NCBI RefSeq assembly: GCF_006345805.1 | Contig: NC_043004.1 | Span: 50,220,001-50,284,000, forward strand | Source: Octopus sinensis | Lineage: Eukaryota | Direction: 5' to 3' | DNA: 64,000 nucleotides | In this document: positions 12,487 to 26,346 of the stretch, piece by piece | Position numbering within the stretch: the first letter of the stretch is position 1 | Layout of the letters: each line of letters starts with the position of its first letter | Translations under genes and position numbers: made by a program | The notes under the pieces: model-generated | Told to the model about the DNA's origin: nothing | The model's database searches: none | The model's input: only the letters and a program-made list of their open reading frames with translations

Positions 12487-12595
12487 GAATACATAAGGTG
12501 GTGCCCCAACATAGCCGCAGTCTAATGACTGAAACAAGTAAAAGATAAAATATATATATAATGTTTGGTTGTATTTTGCTTACAACAGTCGTTGA

Positions 12596-12993
12596 AGTTA
12601 TTTGGGATGTAAATGATGAGTATACAGAGGAAGTAATAACAACAAGCAACGGGTGGATGTGGTAAAAAAACAAATGTGACAGTAAATAATGGCACTCCGT
12701 TGGTTGCGACGACGAGGGTTCCAGCTGATCGATCCGATCAATTGAATAGTTTGCTCGTGAAATTAGCGTGCATGCGGCTGAGCAGTCCACAGACACATGT
12801 GCCCTTAACGTAGTCCTCGAGGAGGTGACAAGGCTGGCCCTTTGAAATACAGGTACTACTCATTTTTGCCAACTGAGTGGAATGGGGCAATGTGAAATGA
12901 AGTTTCTTGCTCAAAGACAACGCGTCACCGGGAATTGAGCTCACGACCTTACGATCATTAGCCGTATGCCCTAACCTTTAAGCCACGCGCCTT
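12596..12993 (-). mobile_element. tRNA-derived SINE (family C)
   Basis: Minus-strand head GGCGCGTGGCTTAAAGGTTAG...GAGCTCAATTCC, then a CTTTGAGCAAGAAACTTCATTTCACATTGC core shared with copies at about 32 kb and 56.5 kb. Confidence 0.7.
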
Positions 12994-13433
12994 AACAGTA
13001 AATAATGATAAATAACAAAATAACTACTGACTGGAAGTCTTGTTGCAGGTATAAATTTCGAGTATTATCAGACGAGATGATTTGTGTTCTCATTGTCAAG
13101 GTGTAACTCGAAAAAGAACGATTATATATTCCTTTACTGCTCGTTGAAAATAAACATATACTTCCACGTGTCAACACCTGTGCAACACCTCTCTATGGTT
13201 TAAATCAAGTTTGTGCTTCCTTTCGAATCTGGTGGTTGAAATTATTGTTTAGTCGATCCAAAAGACATCCGGTGAATTCAAATGGAGAATTCTAAGGGGG
13301 GAAATTTACGTGTTATTTTGATTAAAGGACAATTTTGGTTCAGAATATAGCTGTGACTTGTTAGCTTGTTAATCTAACAGGAAGTTCAGGCCTCATCATA
13401 CAACCTATCAATTGACTCCCTAACTCCTCTTCC

Positions 13434-13585
13434 CACTGAAATGTTCCTCGTTTCTCTGCCGCTATGATCCGGTTTCAACCGGTTTGGTCCGGTTTGATCG
13501 GGTTTGAACCGGTTTGGACCGGTTTGGTTCGGTTTGGACCGGTTTGATCCGGTTTGGATCGGTGGCAGAGAAAAAAGAGACAGTG
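13434..13585. mobile_element. CACTG-ended MITE-like element with internal 10-bp tandem array
   Basis: Ends CACTG...TTTCTCTGCC and GGCAGAGAAA...CAGTG; GGTTT recurs at an exact 10-bp period from 13471 to 13551. No TSD evident. Confidence 0.5.
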
Positions 13586-13716
13586 ATAAAATGTCCGAAA
13601 AAAAAACAGGATATAACTCAAATTGCCCAAGTATGGTGATCGTCAGGCATGATTAAAGAGCTGTCTAAAGAGGTCTCTAAACTCCTTCCTTGAGGCGTAA
13701 CCACACTCTAAGACAA

Positions 13717-14138
<422 letters not shown>

Positions 14139-14170
14139 CTAGCAAACACACCCGTCCTTTGGACGGTTGA
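14139..14170 (-). mobile_element. Helitron 3' terminus
   Basis: Minus strand: CCGTCC-AAA-GGACGG hairpin (14152-14166), then 9 nt, then CTAG|T. 5' end not located. Confidence 0.65.
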
Positions 14171-15042
14171 AGTTGCTTTGGCGGTATTTTTTCCCCAAAT
14201 AATTGAACTACCGAGAAGGTTTATGAGTAGCACGGCAATCTATGTTTCCGATTAACCTTGGAACGAAAAATCAAATTGAAGGCTGGTTATTGTGGAGGTC
14301 ATTGCACTTTAATGATCATAAAACATAAGTTTGCAAGTGATACAATTTATAGTTACTGAAATGTTTTGGGAGTAGATTGCGGATAATGACTACAAAATAT
14401 AATTGTTTTACATGAAAGCGAAATTTCTTGTCAAAAACAGCCACGTAAATGGTGTAAGGAAATTGAAGGGAGACGTTGAAACTTCCCCTCTGAGAGTTTC
14501 TTTTATTCAACAGCAAAGGGAGCTATTTTTTCGGGGAGAAGTATGGGTGGTACTTTCAAAAATGGCAATACAATACCTATTTGAAAAAGTAGAGTTAAAG
14601 GAATGTATTTGCAACGTGATCAAGGTGATCGACCACCCTGAAAGTAACTTCAGGTAGCGAAAAATGAAGTCATGAAGAGTTTGACTTCAGTTCACGAATA
14701 CTACTTTGAATTTTTAACAGTTTGCAGTGGAAAGATTTCGCGTTCGAAATATCATAATGGATAGGTAAATAAGTATCCTTAAAGCGAATTGGTAGGTAAA
14801 TAAAGGTATCAACAAATAGAAGAGAGAGAAGAGAACATAACCTTTCGAATAACTCAGAACAGGTAAAGGTAAGCTTTCCAATGTTTAATGCAGATTAAAT
14901 ATGGAGATTAAGATTGTTTGGTATTGGATATTCATCGTATACAGTGTTCCTTGTCAATTTAATCACAGTCGCAGGTGGACAGTCGAAATAAGTAAAAAGA
15001 CAAAATCCTTTTACTTTTATAATATTCTCTAACCAAGTAATA

Positions 15043-15286
15043 TTGGGTTGGTGCATAATTATTGCGGCTTTTTTTTCAACATATTTTATTCAACAAAAAC
15101 AATAACGACATGTAACAAAAACATCTTTAAATGATTATTCCGGAGCATATTCACCATCTACTTCAATTACTGCTTCACATTTGCTTGGCAGACGGTCAGA
15201 CCGTCGTTTTTGTTAAATATTGTTATTGCTTTTGTTGAATAAAATTTGCTGAAAAAAAAGCCTCAATAATTATGTACCAACCCAAT
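15043..15286. mobile_element. Mariner-derived MITE
   Basis: TA-flanked; TIR TTGGGTTGGTGCATAATTATTGCGG / CCTCAATAATTATGTACCAACCCAA. The interior retains a transposase C-terminus (SKCEAVIEVDGEYAPE*) on the minus strand. Confidence 0.85.
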
Positions 15287-15600
15287 AATACACAATTACA
15301 AAAAAAAAGATAAATAATAAATAAATAAAAATGTGAAAACCACTAAAACATATTCCCTAATGCATTACGACCATATAGATTAAAAAAGTATGGAAGACTC
15401 TAACATACGAGACAAACCCGTGTAAACCACCGTTTTTCTTTGTTTGTCCATTAATGCAGGAGCTCTGAGCAAAATGTTATAGTGCATGACCATCCTTGGG
15501 ACATAAGTAATGTGTGTGTAAAGTTTGGGGAAAAGCGGTTGAGAATTGTGAAAATGTATGCGTTAGTCATCATACACATACACACTGTGATTTATATATA

Positions 15601-15682
<82 letters not shown>

Positions 15683-15735
15683 TGTGTGAGTGTGTATGAG
15701 TCTATGCATATATATATACTCACACACACACACAC

Positions 15736-15766
<31 letters not shown>

Positions 15767-16288
15767 AAGAGAGAGAGACAGACAGACAAAAAGAGCCACT
15801 CCCAATTCCTTCTTCCTTGACCTTAAACAATACTAAGCCCTACAACATGCAAAGATTAACAGCCACAACCACACACACATACACACACGCACACACACAC
15901 ACACACGTGTTATCATTGCACACATACACACATACGCACACACGCACATGCAGACCTTCGCGCACGCACATATCTACACTTACACACACATACCTCCTCC
16001 TGCACTCTCCTGTCTTTGAAAGAACTTTTCTTCGCCCATTTCCTTCCGGTCATTCAAAATGTGACCTCGTGTGTACCGTTGGCGATTTTTTTCCTCTGTC
16101 TTCCCTTCTCCAGATCTTTCCTTCTATGTTTCCGACAAAAAGCTCCGCTCGAAACGTTAAACCCTCCTTCTTCCATTCCTTTCTGAGCGTCCAATAATAC
16201 TAAATTTGTTCCACGTCCTCGCGTTATTGTGTTTTATCTTTGTGTTTTCATGTTTGGATTAACTTTATATATATATATATATATATAG

Positions 16289-16743
16289 CAGCAAAATTAA
16301 GGAACGGCCATAATAGGCCGTTCAACCCACTAGAAATAGCAGCCAAGGCTTCAACCGCAAAAAAGTATTAATTCCGTAAACAAGGAGAAAATTTAAAAAA
16401 CATTTACCCTGTTATACTTTATACAATGCATCGTTTAATCTATTTTTTAATGGTAAATCAGCCGAGACAGTAATGGTGCTGCCTCGTGAAAATATCTCTC
16501 CCGTCTGGCTTACTTTACTGATGAATCTGTTGGCCTATGGAGGATTAGTTTGATTTAATTTAATCAGGCTGATTTACCATTAAAAAATAGATGAAACGAT
16601 GCATTGTATAAAGTATAACAGGGTAAATGTTTTTTTAAATTTTCTCCTTGTTTACGGAATTAATACTTTTTTTGCGGTTGAAGCCTTGGCTGCTATTTCT
16701 AGTGGGTTGAACGGCCTATTATGGCCGTTCCTTAATTTTGCTG
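16289..16743. repeat. Near-perfect inverted repeat, about 175-bp arms, 103-bp spacer
   Basis: Arms 16289-16463 and 16567-16743. Differences seen: two homopolymer-length changes and one substitution. Confidence 0.95.
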
Positions 16744-16845
16744 TTGAATTTATTAATAGTCTTTGACTATTTCCTTTTTCCCACTAGACCGCTGGTGGCA
16801 AATAATTTCTGCTGAATTTTTTGCTACCCTATATTGATTAATTAT

Positions 16846-16876
<31 letters not shown>

Positions 16877-17085
16877 CTATATATATATATATATATATCT
16901 ATATATATATATATATATATGTATACATACACAGACAGACATATATACATACATACACACGCATATACATACATATATACTATATATATATATACATATA
17001 TATATATACACACACACACAATACTTACCTACATACATACATGTGTGTGCGTGCATATGGATATGGCTGTGCGTTTATGTGTAAA

Positions 17086-17118
<33 letters not shown>

Positions 17119-17794
17119 GTGTGTGTGTACGAGATGTAGTGGGTCTTTGTGAACAGAACATCAGCTTAGTAAGTCATAAATCGAAAACAAACTATATTAA
17201 ATTTACTTTGTCATTGATCAATTTTTTAACTTCCTCGTTTCTCTTTCAGACGTATTGGCACTTTTAACATGGTAGATTCCAATGTGACACAAGAAATGAG
17301 AAAATACACCGTGCTCGTGGATATTACCCACCAACCAGACCGACTCAAAGATCGACAGTTCCCTAAACACCGCCAAGTCATTTGTCTTGATGCTTGGGAA
17401 AGAGCTGGGGGTTTATTGAGGGAACGTGTTGTTTGTAACCAAATGCCGGAAACATTCTCAGCAATCAGATATTATCAAGATGACAAAGTTTCTCCAACAG
17501 AGTATCCTCAATGATGACCTCAGTAAGTCGATGCGAGCCATCGCTTTTAGGTTCACTCTTAGACGTATGGTGTTCAAAGAAATCAGGTACCTTTCCAGCA
17601 TTATGAGAGGATAGTTTATGTCCGGAAAGAGTCTGGATAGCCATGTGATACAGTTGAACGCCTGCTGAGCAAACACAAATGTCCCGAAAAATCCGCCATG
17701 CTTTGATTCTTCTCTGTTGAGAGGAACTTCAACTAGAACCAGAAAATGAAGTGGAAGAATGGTAGGTGGCTCAAGGCGGTCGCCACGATAATAC

Positions 17795-18025
17795 ATACCT
17801 ATTTCTTTATTACCCACAAGGGGCTAAGCATAGAGGGGACAAACAAGGACAGACATAGGTATTAAGACGATAATATCAACCCCAGTGCGTAACTGGTACT
17901 TAATTTATCGACCCCGAAAGGATGAAAGGCAAAGTCGACCTCGGCGGAATTTGAACTCAGAACATAACGGCAGACGAAATACCGACAAACATTTCGTCCG
18001 GCGTGCTAACGTTTCTGCCAGCTCG
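17795..18025 (-). mobile_element. tRNA-derived SINE (family B)
   Basis: Minus strand GAGCTGGCAGAAACGTTAGC...GAGTTCAAATTCCGCCGAGGTCGAC...CCTTTCGGGGTCGATAAA...; recurrent in the window. Confidence 0.85.
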
Positions 18026-20054
18026 GATAATACATACCAAGTTCCCGTCATGTTCGGTGGGTCGGCAGCGAAGAGATTCTTGTCATTCTGCAAGGTCTCT
18101 ACCGTTGCATCGAGGTAATGGATATGATGGACATATCCCAGGCGAAGGTGGCCCAGGAAAGGCCATACATACTCAAGCATGATATTGCTCCCTTCTAGAG
18201 GTTGGCTAAAGGCTTTGACGATCGTGTGACCTCCCCACGCAGTTCTACTAATTTGAACCCTATTTTCTACCACGTTGAAAGGGTGACCAGTCGGTGGCCA
18301 CACAACAAATGGTCTAAGCTGTGCGCACGCATTTTGTAAAACTAGCGAACAAAGAAACATATGTACGCACACAAGATATTCAAAATGAAATCGAATATTT
18401 CTTTTTAATTAAAGATGGTCATTCACATTCATACTCACACGCATCGCAAAGAAGCATAAAATATCTGCGCACACCCTAAAGTTAGAGGAATCATTTCTCA
18501 CAGCATCAAAGACTCGTTAAAAAGATGATGGGCAGCGTAAAAGGGAACCATCTGATTCTAGCAAATAATCGCTTCAGATGTCCCATCGAGGTTGTCATTG
18601 AGGGCGGGTTCATTGGAAAACTTGTTTCTCTAATAAATAGATTTGAATAATTTCTCTGAAAATGCATTGTTTCTATTCCTTTTTTATTTATTTATTTGAT
18701 TTTGAAAATTCAATATCTTTGCTTTTTGTGGATTTTTTTTTCTTTTATACGTCTGTTGTCAGTTACCCGACGAACTCTAAGTATGTATGCATGTACGTGC
18801 ATATATATGTACGAATGTTCATGTGAGGGGAATGTATGTATATATCTATTTGTGTGTGTGTGTGTGTGTGTTTGTATGTATGTATGTGTATATGTGTTAT
18901 GTATGTATGAATGTGCACGTGTATATATGCGCATGTACGAAGGGGTGAGGTTCCTGGTATTAAGGGTATCGTGAAAGGGTACAGCTGCTACCTTTACGGG
19001 GGATGTAGGACCAATACTTAGAAGATATGCAAAAAAATCTCTTTTCTGCAGATTTAACATAATGGCAGCTCTTATTGTGGATTTTGATAAAACTGAAGAA
19101 CTTGCCCAAGGTGCCACGCAGTGGGACTGAGCCCAGAACCATTGCAGTTCGTAAGCAAGCTACTTAACACACAGCCACTCCTACTTGTGTAGGTTTGCAA
19201 CAGCGCTCTCTGAGAGATCGTTTTGAAGTAGCCAGAAACACGTGGAACTATGTAAAACGTGAGAGAAAGAAACCTAGCTGTTTCTTGCAATAAATTTTTT
19301 ATGGCCCTTTAAAATACTACTGTGGACCCCAATTTACTATTTTGCTTCTATGAACCCCAGTGGTCATATGGACCCCGGTTGAAAACCTCTGTTCTAACAA
19401 TTCTGCCAGCTCTCCGCCTTGTTTGGGTTTCTAATAATTAAATGTGGAAACCAAAATTTTAGATCGTCTGATTAGACAAAGGGAAGTAATTCAGTCATAT
19501 TTATCTTCCTATTAAGAAAAGAAATTTTTATTCGGAGAAATAATTTTCTATTAGCTGCGCCCGTGAAAACTTCACGGAAAATATTTAAAAATGTAAGCAT
19601 CTGTAAATAGTGACTTCATTTCATAACTATCGAATAATTATGTATCAGCAGAACCCTGGGAAATTCTACGAATTACAAAAAGTGTAACATCCAATGATAG
19701 GGTAGAAAAGTAAAAGTAATATCCAATATTGGCTGAGGACCCAGTTTAAAGAATATGGTAATTAATTATATTGTAGGAATGCAAAAGTAAGATCCAATAT
19801 TTGCTGTGGTTATGTGTCTGTCTACTCTGAAAATACTGATAAACACTGAAAAACACAAAACAAACGCCACCTTCCTTTCAGACAACACTAACTCTCTCTC
19901 TCTCTCTCTCTCTCTGTTTATGTGTGTGTGTCTGCGCCCGTGCGTGTGTATGTGCGTGAGTGTGTGTGTATGTATATGTATGTAAGCGTATACATGTATA
20001 CATGTTTGCATTATGTATGTATTATATATGTATGTATTATGTATGCATGCCGTA

Positions 20055-20132
20055 CATACCTACATACATCCCAATGTGTGTGCGTGTTTGTGTGTGTGCG
20101 TGTGTGTGTGTGTGTGTGTATGTGCGCGTGTG

Positions 20133-20180
<48 letters not shown>

Positions 20181-20210
20181 TGTGTGTGTGTGTGTGTATG
20201 TGCGCGTGTG

Positions 20211-20254
<44 letters not shown>

Positions 20255-20292
20255 TGTGTGTGTGTGTGTGTATGCGTGCGTGCGTGCATATG
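20055..20292. repeat. (TG)n microsatellite with higher-order TATGTGCGCG units
   Basis: Directly visible alternating purine-pyrimidine tract. Confidence 0.9.
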
Positions 20293-20676
20293 TGTGTCCA
20301 CAGTATATAAAATTCAGTTTTCAGAACAGAAATGTAAATATGACTGAATTACTTCCCCTGAGATCTTTGATGCGGGTTTCCTCGCAGTTTATAACTAAAC
20401 CACGAATTAAACTTTATAATGTGTAAAAATTAACACTTCCTTCTCCAAGCTTAGATTTGAAACCGGATCTAAGGTTTTTCGGTCGTCCAAACCACCACGA
20501 TCAACAGGCGCAAAAAAAAAGGTTTTCTTTGCACAATCTAAAAATGATAAATCATCTCACTTTTACCCACGACCTCAGCCATGTCAAGCAAAGTTCAAAT
20601 GGACAGGAGATGACCTATTTAGGCACAATCCCTGCTGCAGTATGTCTGTCCTTCTTGCTGCCACAGCAGTTATAAA

Positions 20677-20897
20677 ATACCTATTTCTTTATTAACCACA
20701 AGGGGCTAAACATAGAGGGGACAAACAAGGACAGACATAAGTATCAAGTCGATTACATCGATTACTTAATTTATCGACCTCGAAAGGATGAAAGGTAAAG
20801 TCGACCTCGGCGGAATTTGAACTCAGAACGTAACGACAGACGAAATACGGCTACGCATTTCGCCCGGCGTGCTAACGTTTCTGCCAGCTCGCCGCCT
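20677..20897 (-). mobile_element. tRNA-derived SINE (family B)
   Basis: Same sequence family as 17795-18025. Confidence 0.85.
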
Positions 20898-21462
20898 AGC
20901 AGTAAGTAGGAGGTGCCGTTATAAAATACCGTGGTCAACAGAGAAACAGACAGAAAAGCCTAGGACGCAGACAAGAAAAGCTTTGGTAGGCAGGCTGAAA
21001 GGTTCATGGCAGACTACTTTCTCAGATGAACGACGCACACACACACAAAAACATTTTCAGTTCTGACATATCACCTCCACAGATGTGCCCTGTTTCTATT
21101 ACTAGCAACTCGTAGCAGTTGTCAACAATTACATGTAGTGAAGAATATTGTATACCAAAGTCAAATGCAAGTACAGCAAATAAGTTATTTTAACTATGAA
21201 TCGATGTCATTTATTTGTTTACTTCAAAGGCATCCACATGCCTACCCCATTTGTTCACCTTAACATACGCTGATACACATTTAACCACTACAAATAGAAT
21301 TCATGTGCACCTTATGGACCGAATATATCTATTGAACTCTCCCAGCGTTTCTTATCTTAATGAGATTTTCTCCCCTGATTTACTATTGCAGTATTAATTT
21401 GTCTTTTTGTTTTATTCTATGTGCTTTGTTTATTATTGGGCTATCCTTACACACACATACAC

Positions 21463-21510
<48 letters not shown>

Positions 21511-21741
21511 GTTTAAAGTTTAAATTTGCGTGTTGGGTATGTCCCTAGTAGTATGCCGACAAAGCACGTTAACTGCCTATGGCTACCTGGCGACAGCCAT
21601 GGTAATTGCACAACCGTCGCTGGATCTACGTTAGGAATTCCTCCGTACACGTTGAGTATAGTAGAAACCGTGCTGCATCTTAAAGGGCGATTACTTTTGG
21701 TTACTTTTTAGCTCACTTTTCAGTTTCTAAAAGGGCTTAAG

Positions 21742-21950
21742 ATGTCGTCTAAAGATTTTTACAATGTGATCACCGACGAAACGAAAGCAGTTGCATTTTC
21801 ACAAAGAAATGGCCTTTTAGATGATGAAGAAAATGCTGCACCATGTCATCGTTGTGGTGGAGAGATAAAGAAAGTTCGAAGAAAATGGAAAACGGATAAA
21901 TTTTGCCAACTTTACGTTGCAAAACACACGGCTGCCACATTTGTGTGATC
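21742..21950 (+). pseudogene. Merlin/ISXO2-like transposase N-terminal fragment
   Basis: MSSKDFYNVITDETKAVAFSQRNGLLD...APCHRCGGEI, with an N-terminal CxxC typical of IS1595/Merlin-type transposases. Confidence 0.45.
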
Positions 21951-22149
21951 TACGCGCTTATTTTAATTATTATTTTTTGCTTTTTGTTATTATTTACAAA
22001 GAATGAAACATGGCTTTATTATTATTAAAATAGTAAGAATTTTGAAAAAAATATATTTTCAATGCTAAATGTGTACACAAGAATTTATAATAAATTTGAA
22101 TAGCAATTTGATAATAAAGATGAAATACAAATTTGAATAATGTTATCGA

Positions 22150-22760
22150 TGAATTGAGCGAACATCTGCTAAAACGTAAGAAAAGGGTGTTCGGCACTCT
22201 TCCTCATCTATAGCTAATAGAAATAATCGAGGTAAGATTGAGAGGTTCTTTGGTTCACTCCTCTCATATTTTTCAAGTTTCTAATTTTCGAATCCAACCA
22301 AGTTTTCAATTGCGTTTGGATCAACATAATGTCTTGGGTGGTTGACAGTAGAATGGCGGAAATTTAGATGATTTAGATTGGAGTATGTTGGCCATTCGTC
22401 AGAATGAATAGCCGAATTTTCTGTAACTTTTCTTTGAATTATAGGTTCAAGTGTTTCACGATTTCAGACCGATGTAGATCACAGGTCAAAGTAGCGCCTT
22501 AGAAACAATAGAATTTAGTGATACTTCTTCCTTCTTTCAGAATCAAATAATCAATATATATTTGGAAACTGGAAGAAAATTAAATTCGTCATCTACTTGA
22601 TGAAGCAAACCGTACATGAAATGGACAAGGTCTTGCAGCCTATGTAATTCTGAAAAGAATTCCATTTTAATGGATCTCAACAAGCATAAGGAAGACAGAT
22701 GCAAAATTTTCAACAACTGCAGACACAGGAAATTTTTTCTATCATAAAAACACACAAACG
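22150..22760 (-). pseudogene. Merlin/ISXO2-like DDE transposase C-terminal fragment
   Basis: Minus strand reads RETLEPIIQRKVTENSAIHSDEWPTYSNLNHLNFRHSTVNHPRHYVDP...IEN...MRGV...SYLD (SDEW and TVNH motifs). Confidence 0.7.
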
Positions 22761-25448
22761 TTCACATACATTATGAAATTTAAACATTTAGGAATGACAA
22801 ACTTATACAATCATACTGGAAAAAAAAAACATTTACGCTCTTTACAGTATTCAACATTCATCTTTTCGGGGTCAATAAAATGAGTACCAGCTGAGTACTG
22901 GCGGCAAAGTAATCGACTTACTCCTCCCCACCAAAATTACTGGCCTTGTGCCAAAAATTTGAATCCATTATTATTATTATTATCATTATTATTACGGCGG
23001 TGAGCTGGTAGAATTATTAATGCGTCGAAAAAGGATTAGCGGTAGTTCTTCCAGTTCTGTACCTTCTGAATTCAAATTCCGCCAAGGTCGACTTATCCTT
23101 TCAGGGCCAATAAACTAAGCATCTGTCGAGTTCTGAGGTCGATATAATCGACTTATCTCTGCCCACAAAATTGCTGGCTTTGTGTTAAAATTTAGAATCA
23201 TTTTCCTTATTTTTTTTTTTTTTTTATAATTACTATTATTATTTAATTATACAATGTTATAGTTTCGTAACAGCCAATTAATTTTACCGAACGGTTTCAA
23301 TTTGATAACTCTCCAGAAGTGGAAAGATAAATTAGTTAATCATTGGACATGGCTGTATTTTCAGTGGGTGTCTCCTTTAATTAAGCCAGAGCTTGCAATT
23401 TTATAAATCAAGAACTATAATTGAAGAAGTATACGTTCAGCATACGTGTGCCTTCATCTTAACTATTTACTTGTCTTTTGTATCGCATATAACGCGCAGA
23501 ACTTATTTCCTTGGAGCCACTGCATCATATACGGTACTCATTCCCAATTTTTTCAACCACTTGGGACTTATAAAAGGCAAGCATTATATTATTGAGAACG
23601 TCTGAAACAAGGGTTAACTAAAAGTCTGAAAACAAACATGAACGTTTAGGACAAAATTATGAAAATGTTTTGGATAGGCAGAGGGTTAATCATACATGGC
23701 ATACCTTGCATTCATGCAAGAAACGTCACTGGTATTATTTTTAACTGATTTCAGGTGAAGACGGCGAGTTAGCGTTGTTTTTACAAATCTCACCGAGCTC
23801 AGTATTTGCTTTTTCCCTTTCAGGGTCGATAAAAGCACCAAACTACAGCAGTGAATTGCCGAAATTGTATAGTGTTGGGCAAGATAGCTTGTGACACATG
23901 TTCTACCTTGACTTTTTTTGTAATCTGAAAGCAACGCCTGCGACAACACTGGTCGTTGCTGTATCAACCGCAAGTCGGCGGTTTTTCCATTGGCATTTAA
24001 GAGAGGAAGCTTGCATGCATAATCAACTAATCATCCCTCCTCCACAAAAAAACTATGCCCAGGTCTATGTTTTATTTTCTTGAGGTAGCAATTAGTAGTC
24101 GATGCGTGCAAGCCTCCTCTTTCGATAAAGCCATTGGTGTTTATTCAAGGGAAAGAGCCACGTTGGTTAGCGGTAAATAAGCTCTCGCTCAACGTTTCCT
24201 CATATCATCAGACACTTATTTTGTTCTTTGTTTCGTCCATTTTTCTAATTCATTTTTTTTCCCTAATTCATGCATTTGTTATAGTCAACTTATAAACTCT
24301 CTTTTTACCATGTCTTATTACAAACCGCGTTCATAAATAAAGCGCCCGCGATGATTTCGTTTTGTCAGATTAATCTTGTGGTTTGAATTTGGTGACTGTA
24401 ATTGAATAGAATAGGAGCACAGGACCTTGTTGAATTGATTCCGACTGCTTGGAGTATTTCAAATTTTCATCTGATTTTAAGCTGGCGATTGGCTAAAATC
24501 ACATTACTTTAAAAGCTTGTAACTTCTTCATAATTAATTTCTAGAAAAAATGCGATTTTCGTAATCAGTAAGTAAAACTACATCCTGCTTATAATGTTGT
24601 TCCTATAATCAATAAAAGGGTGCTAGCATTGTGGAGAAGAACAATGGAAAGGGTAGATGAGATAAATTGATATCGATTGGTGACTTATCTCTGCATTATT
24701 TATCCACACACTCACCGCAATCAATCAGAACTCGATCATTTTAAAAATCAGCCGTGTGTATAAGTTCACAACATTTTCATCTGTAAGGTTTGAATAAAAT
24801 TTCTAAGAACTATTGTAAAACATTTCTTTCTAAGAACTATTGTAAAACATTTCATGCAGTAAAGTTTTAAAGGGCTGTTAAATACTGGACTTGTGTTTAG
24901 ATAGTTTCAATAACTCTGTAACGATGTTTGAAAGGGTTGTCGAAGTTTACTGAAAAATCAAATGATTTTTGAAGAAATAGTGGGATCAATAATTAGCAGA
25001 AAGGTGGTGGCCATTATTGCATAAGAGAATTTTATTAGTCTACACCGTTGAAGAGTGGCTTCCCTTCCCAACACACACGACTTCACCTGAACCAATTCCG
25101 ATCAGATTCTTTCGTTCTTCTACATTTGTTTGTTGCTGGGTTGGTTGGTTGTTATTGTTACAGCGAAAGAGAAAACTTTGTTTATCCACTCATAGATAAC
25201 ACTCGTATGAAAGTCAGCATATCAAGCGTATTGTTTTGACCAGTAAGTATATGTAATATGTTGTTCTTTACCTTTGCTCTCTTTGAATAACAAAAACACT
25301 ACAAGAACTGGCAAAGGTATTAGTGTTCCTAGTTTTATTAAGACTAAAAGTAGACGCGTTTGCTTTATGGTCATACAAGTGTACACACTTTTGTGTGTGT
25401 GTGTATGTATGTATATATAGATATATAGATAGATATATGTATATGTCC

Positions 25449-25486
<38 letters not shown>

Positions 25487-25963
25487 GAAAGAAAGAATGG
25501 AGTCGAACGAAGATGTTAACAAAATTCGTTCGACTCCATTCTTTCATTTATTCATATTCAACACACAAATTTCTACACATGAACCCGGAGTTTCTACCCT
25601 TGACAGGTCGCTTCAACCGTGTTTCTGACGTGAATTTGCTACCCAGGTTTCGGTTAAACGAATTTTCCATGCTGACGATAAACAGGATAATTCATTCACC
25701 TACTTAAATATACACACACACATATATATATGCACACACACAAATTACACATTTTGTTGACGGAGGCAAATAATTACTAAATACAGAGTATAAAGTAAAT
25801 TCATAAATTAATTTAAACGGAAATCGTTAGTCACTAGTTTTGAAAATGTGTTGGGACCGATAAGCCCAGTGTCTATGTGCAAGCCTATGGTTGTTTATGT
25901 TCGTGTGTGTATTGGTCTTTCACGTTAGCACAAGGTCATCAAAGTGCTGTCCAGGTAATTACA

Positions 25964-26141
25964 TTCTCTTTTACTCTTTTACTTGTTTCAGTCATTTGAC
26001 TGCGGCCATGCTGGAGCACCGCCTTTAGTCGAGCAAATCGACCCCGGGACTTATTCTTTGTAAGCCCAGTACTTATTCTATCGGTCTCTTTTGCCGAACC
26101 AGCATTGGTTGTCAAGCGATGTTGGGGGGAAAAACACACAA

Positions 26142-26183
<42 letters not shown>

Positions 26184-26346
26184 GACAGGCTTCTTTCAGT
26201 TTCCGTCTGCCAAATCCACTCACAAGGCATTGGTCGGCCCGGGGCTATAGCAGAAGATACTTGCCCAAGATGCCACGCAGTGGGACTGAACCCAGAACCA
26301 TGTGGTTGGTTAGCAAGCTACTTACCACACAGCCACTCCTGCACCT
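25964..26346 (-). mobile_element. tRNA-derived SINE (family A, full length)
   Basis: Head GGAGTGGCTGTGTGG (A box) ... GGTTCAGTCC (B box), internal (TA)n, and tail GCTCCAGCATGGCCGCAGTCAAATGACTGAAACAAGTAAAAGAG. Confidence 0.9.

Noticed and set aside
14170-14760. Possible captured gene fragment inside the Helitron ending at 14139
   Set aside because: The ORFs (66 and 84 aa) show no recognisable motif and the Helitron 5' end could not be located.
16500-16550. CTGATGA in the spacer of the 16.3-16.7 kb inverted repeat
   Set aside because: No GAAA follows the possible AATC/GATT stem.
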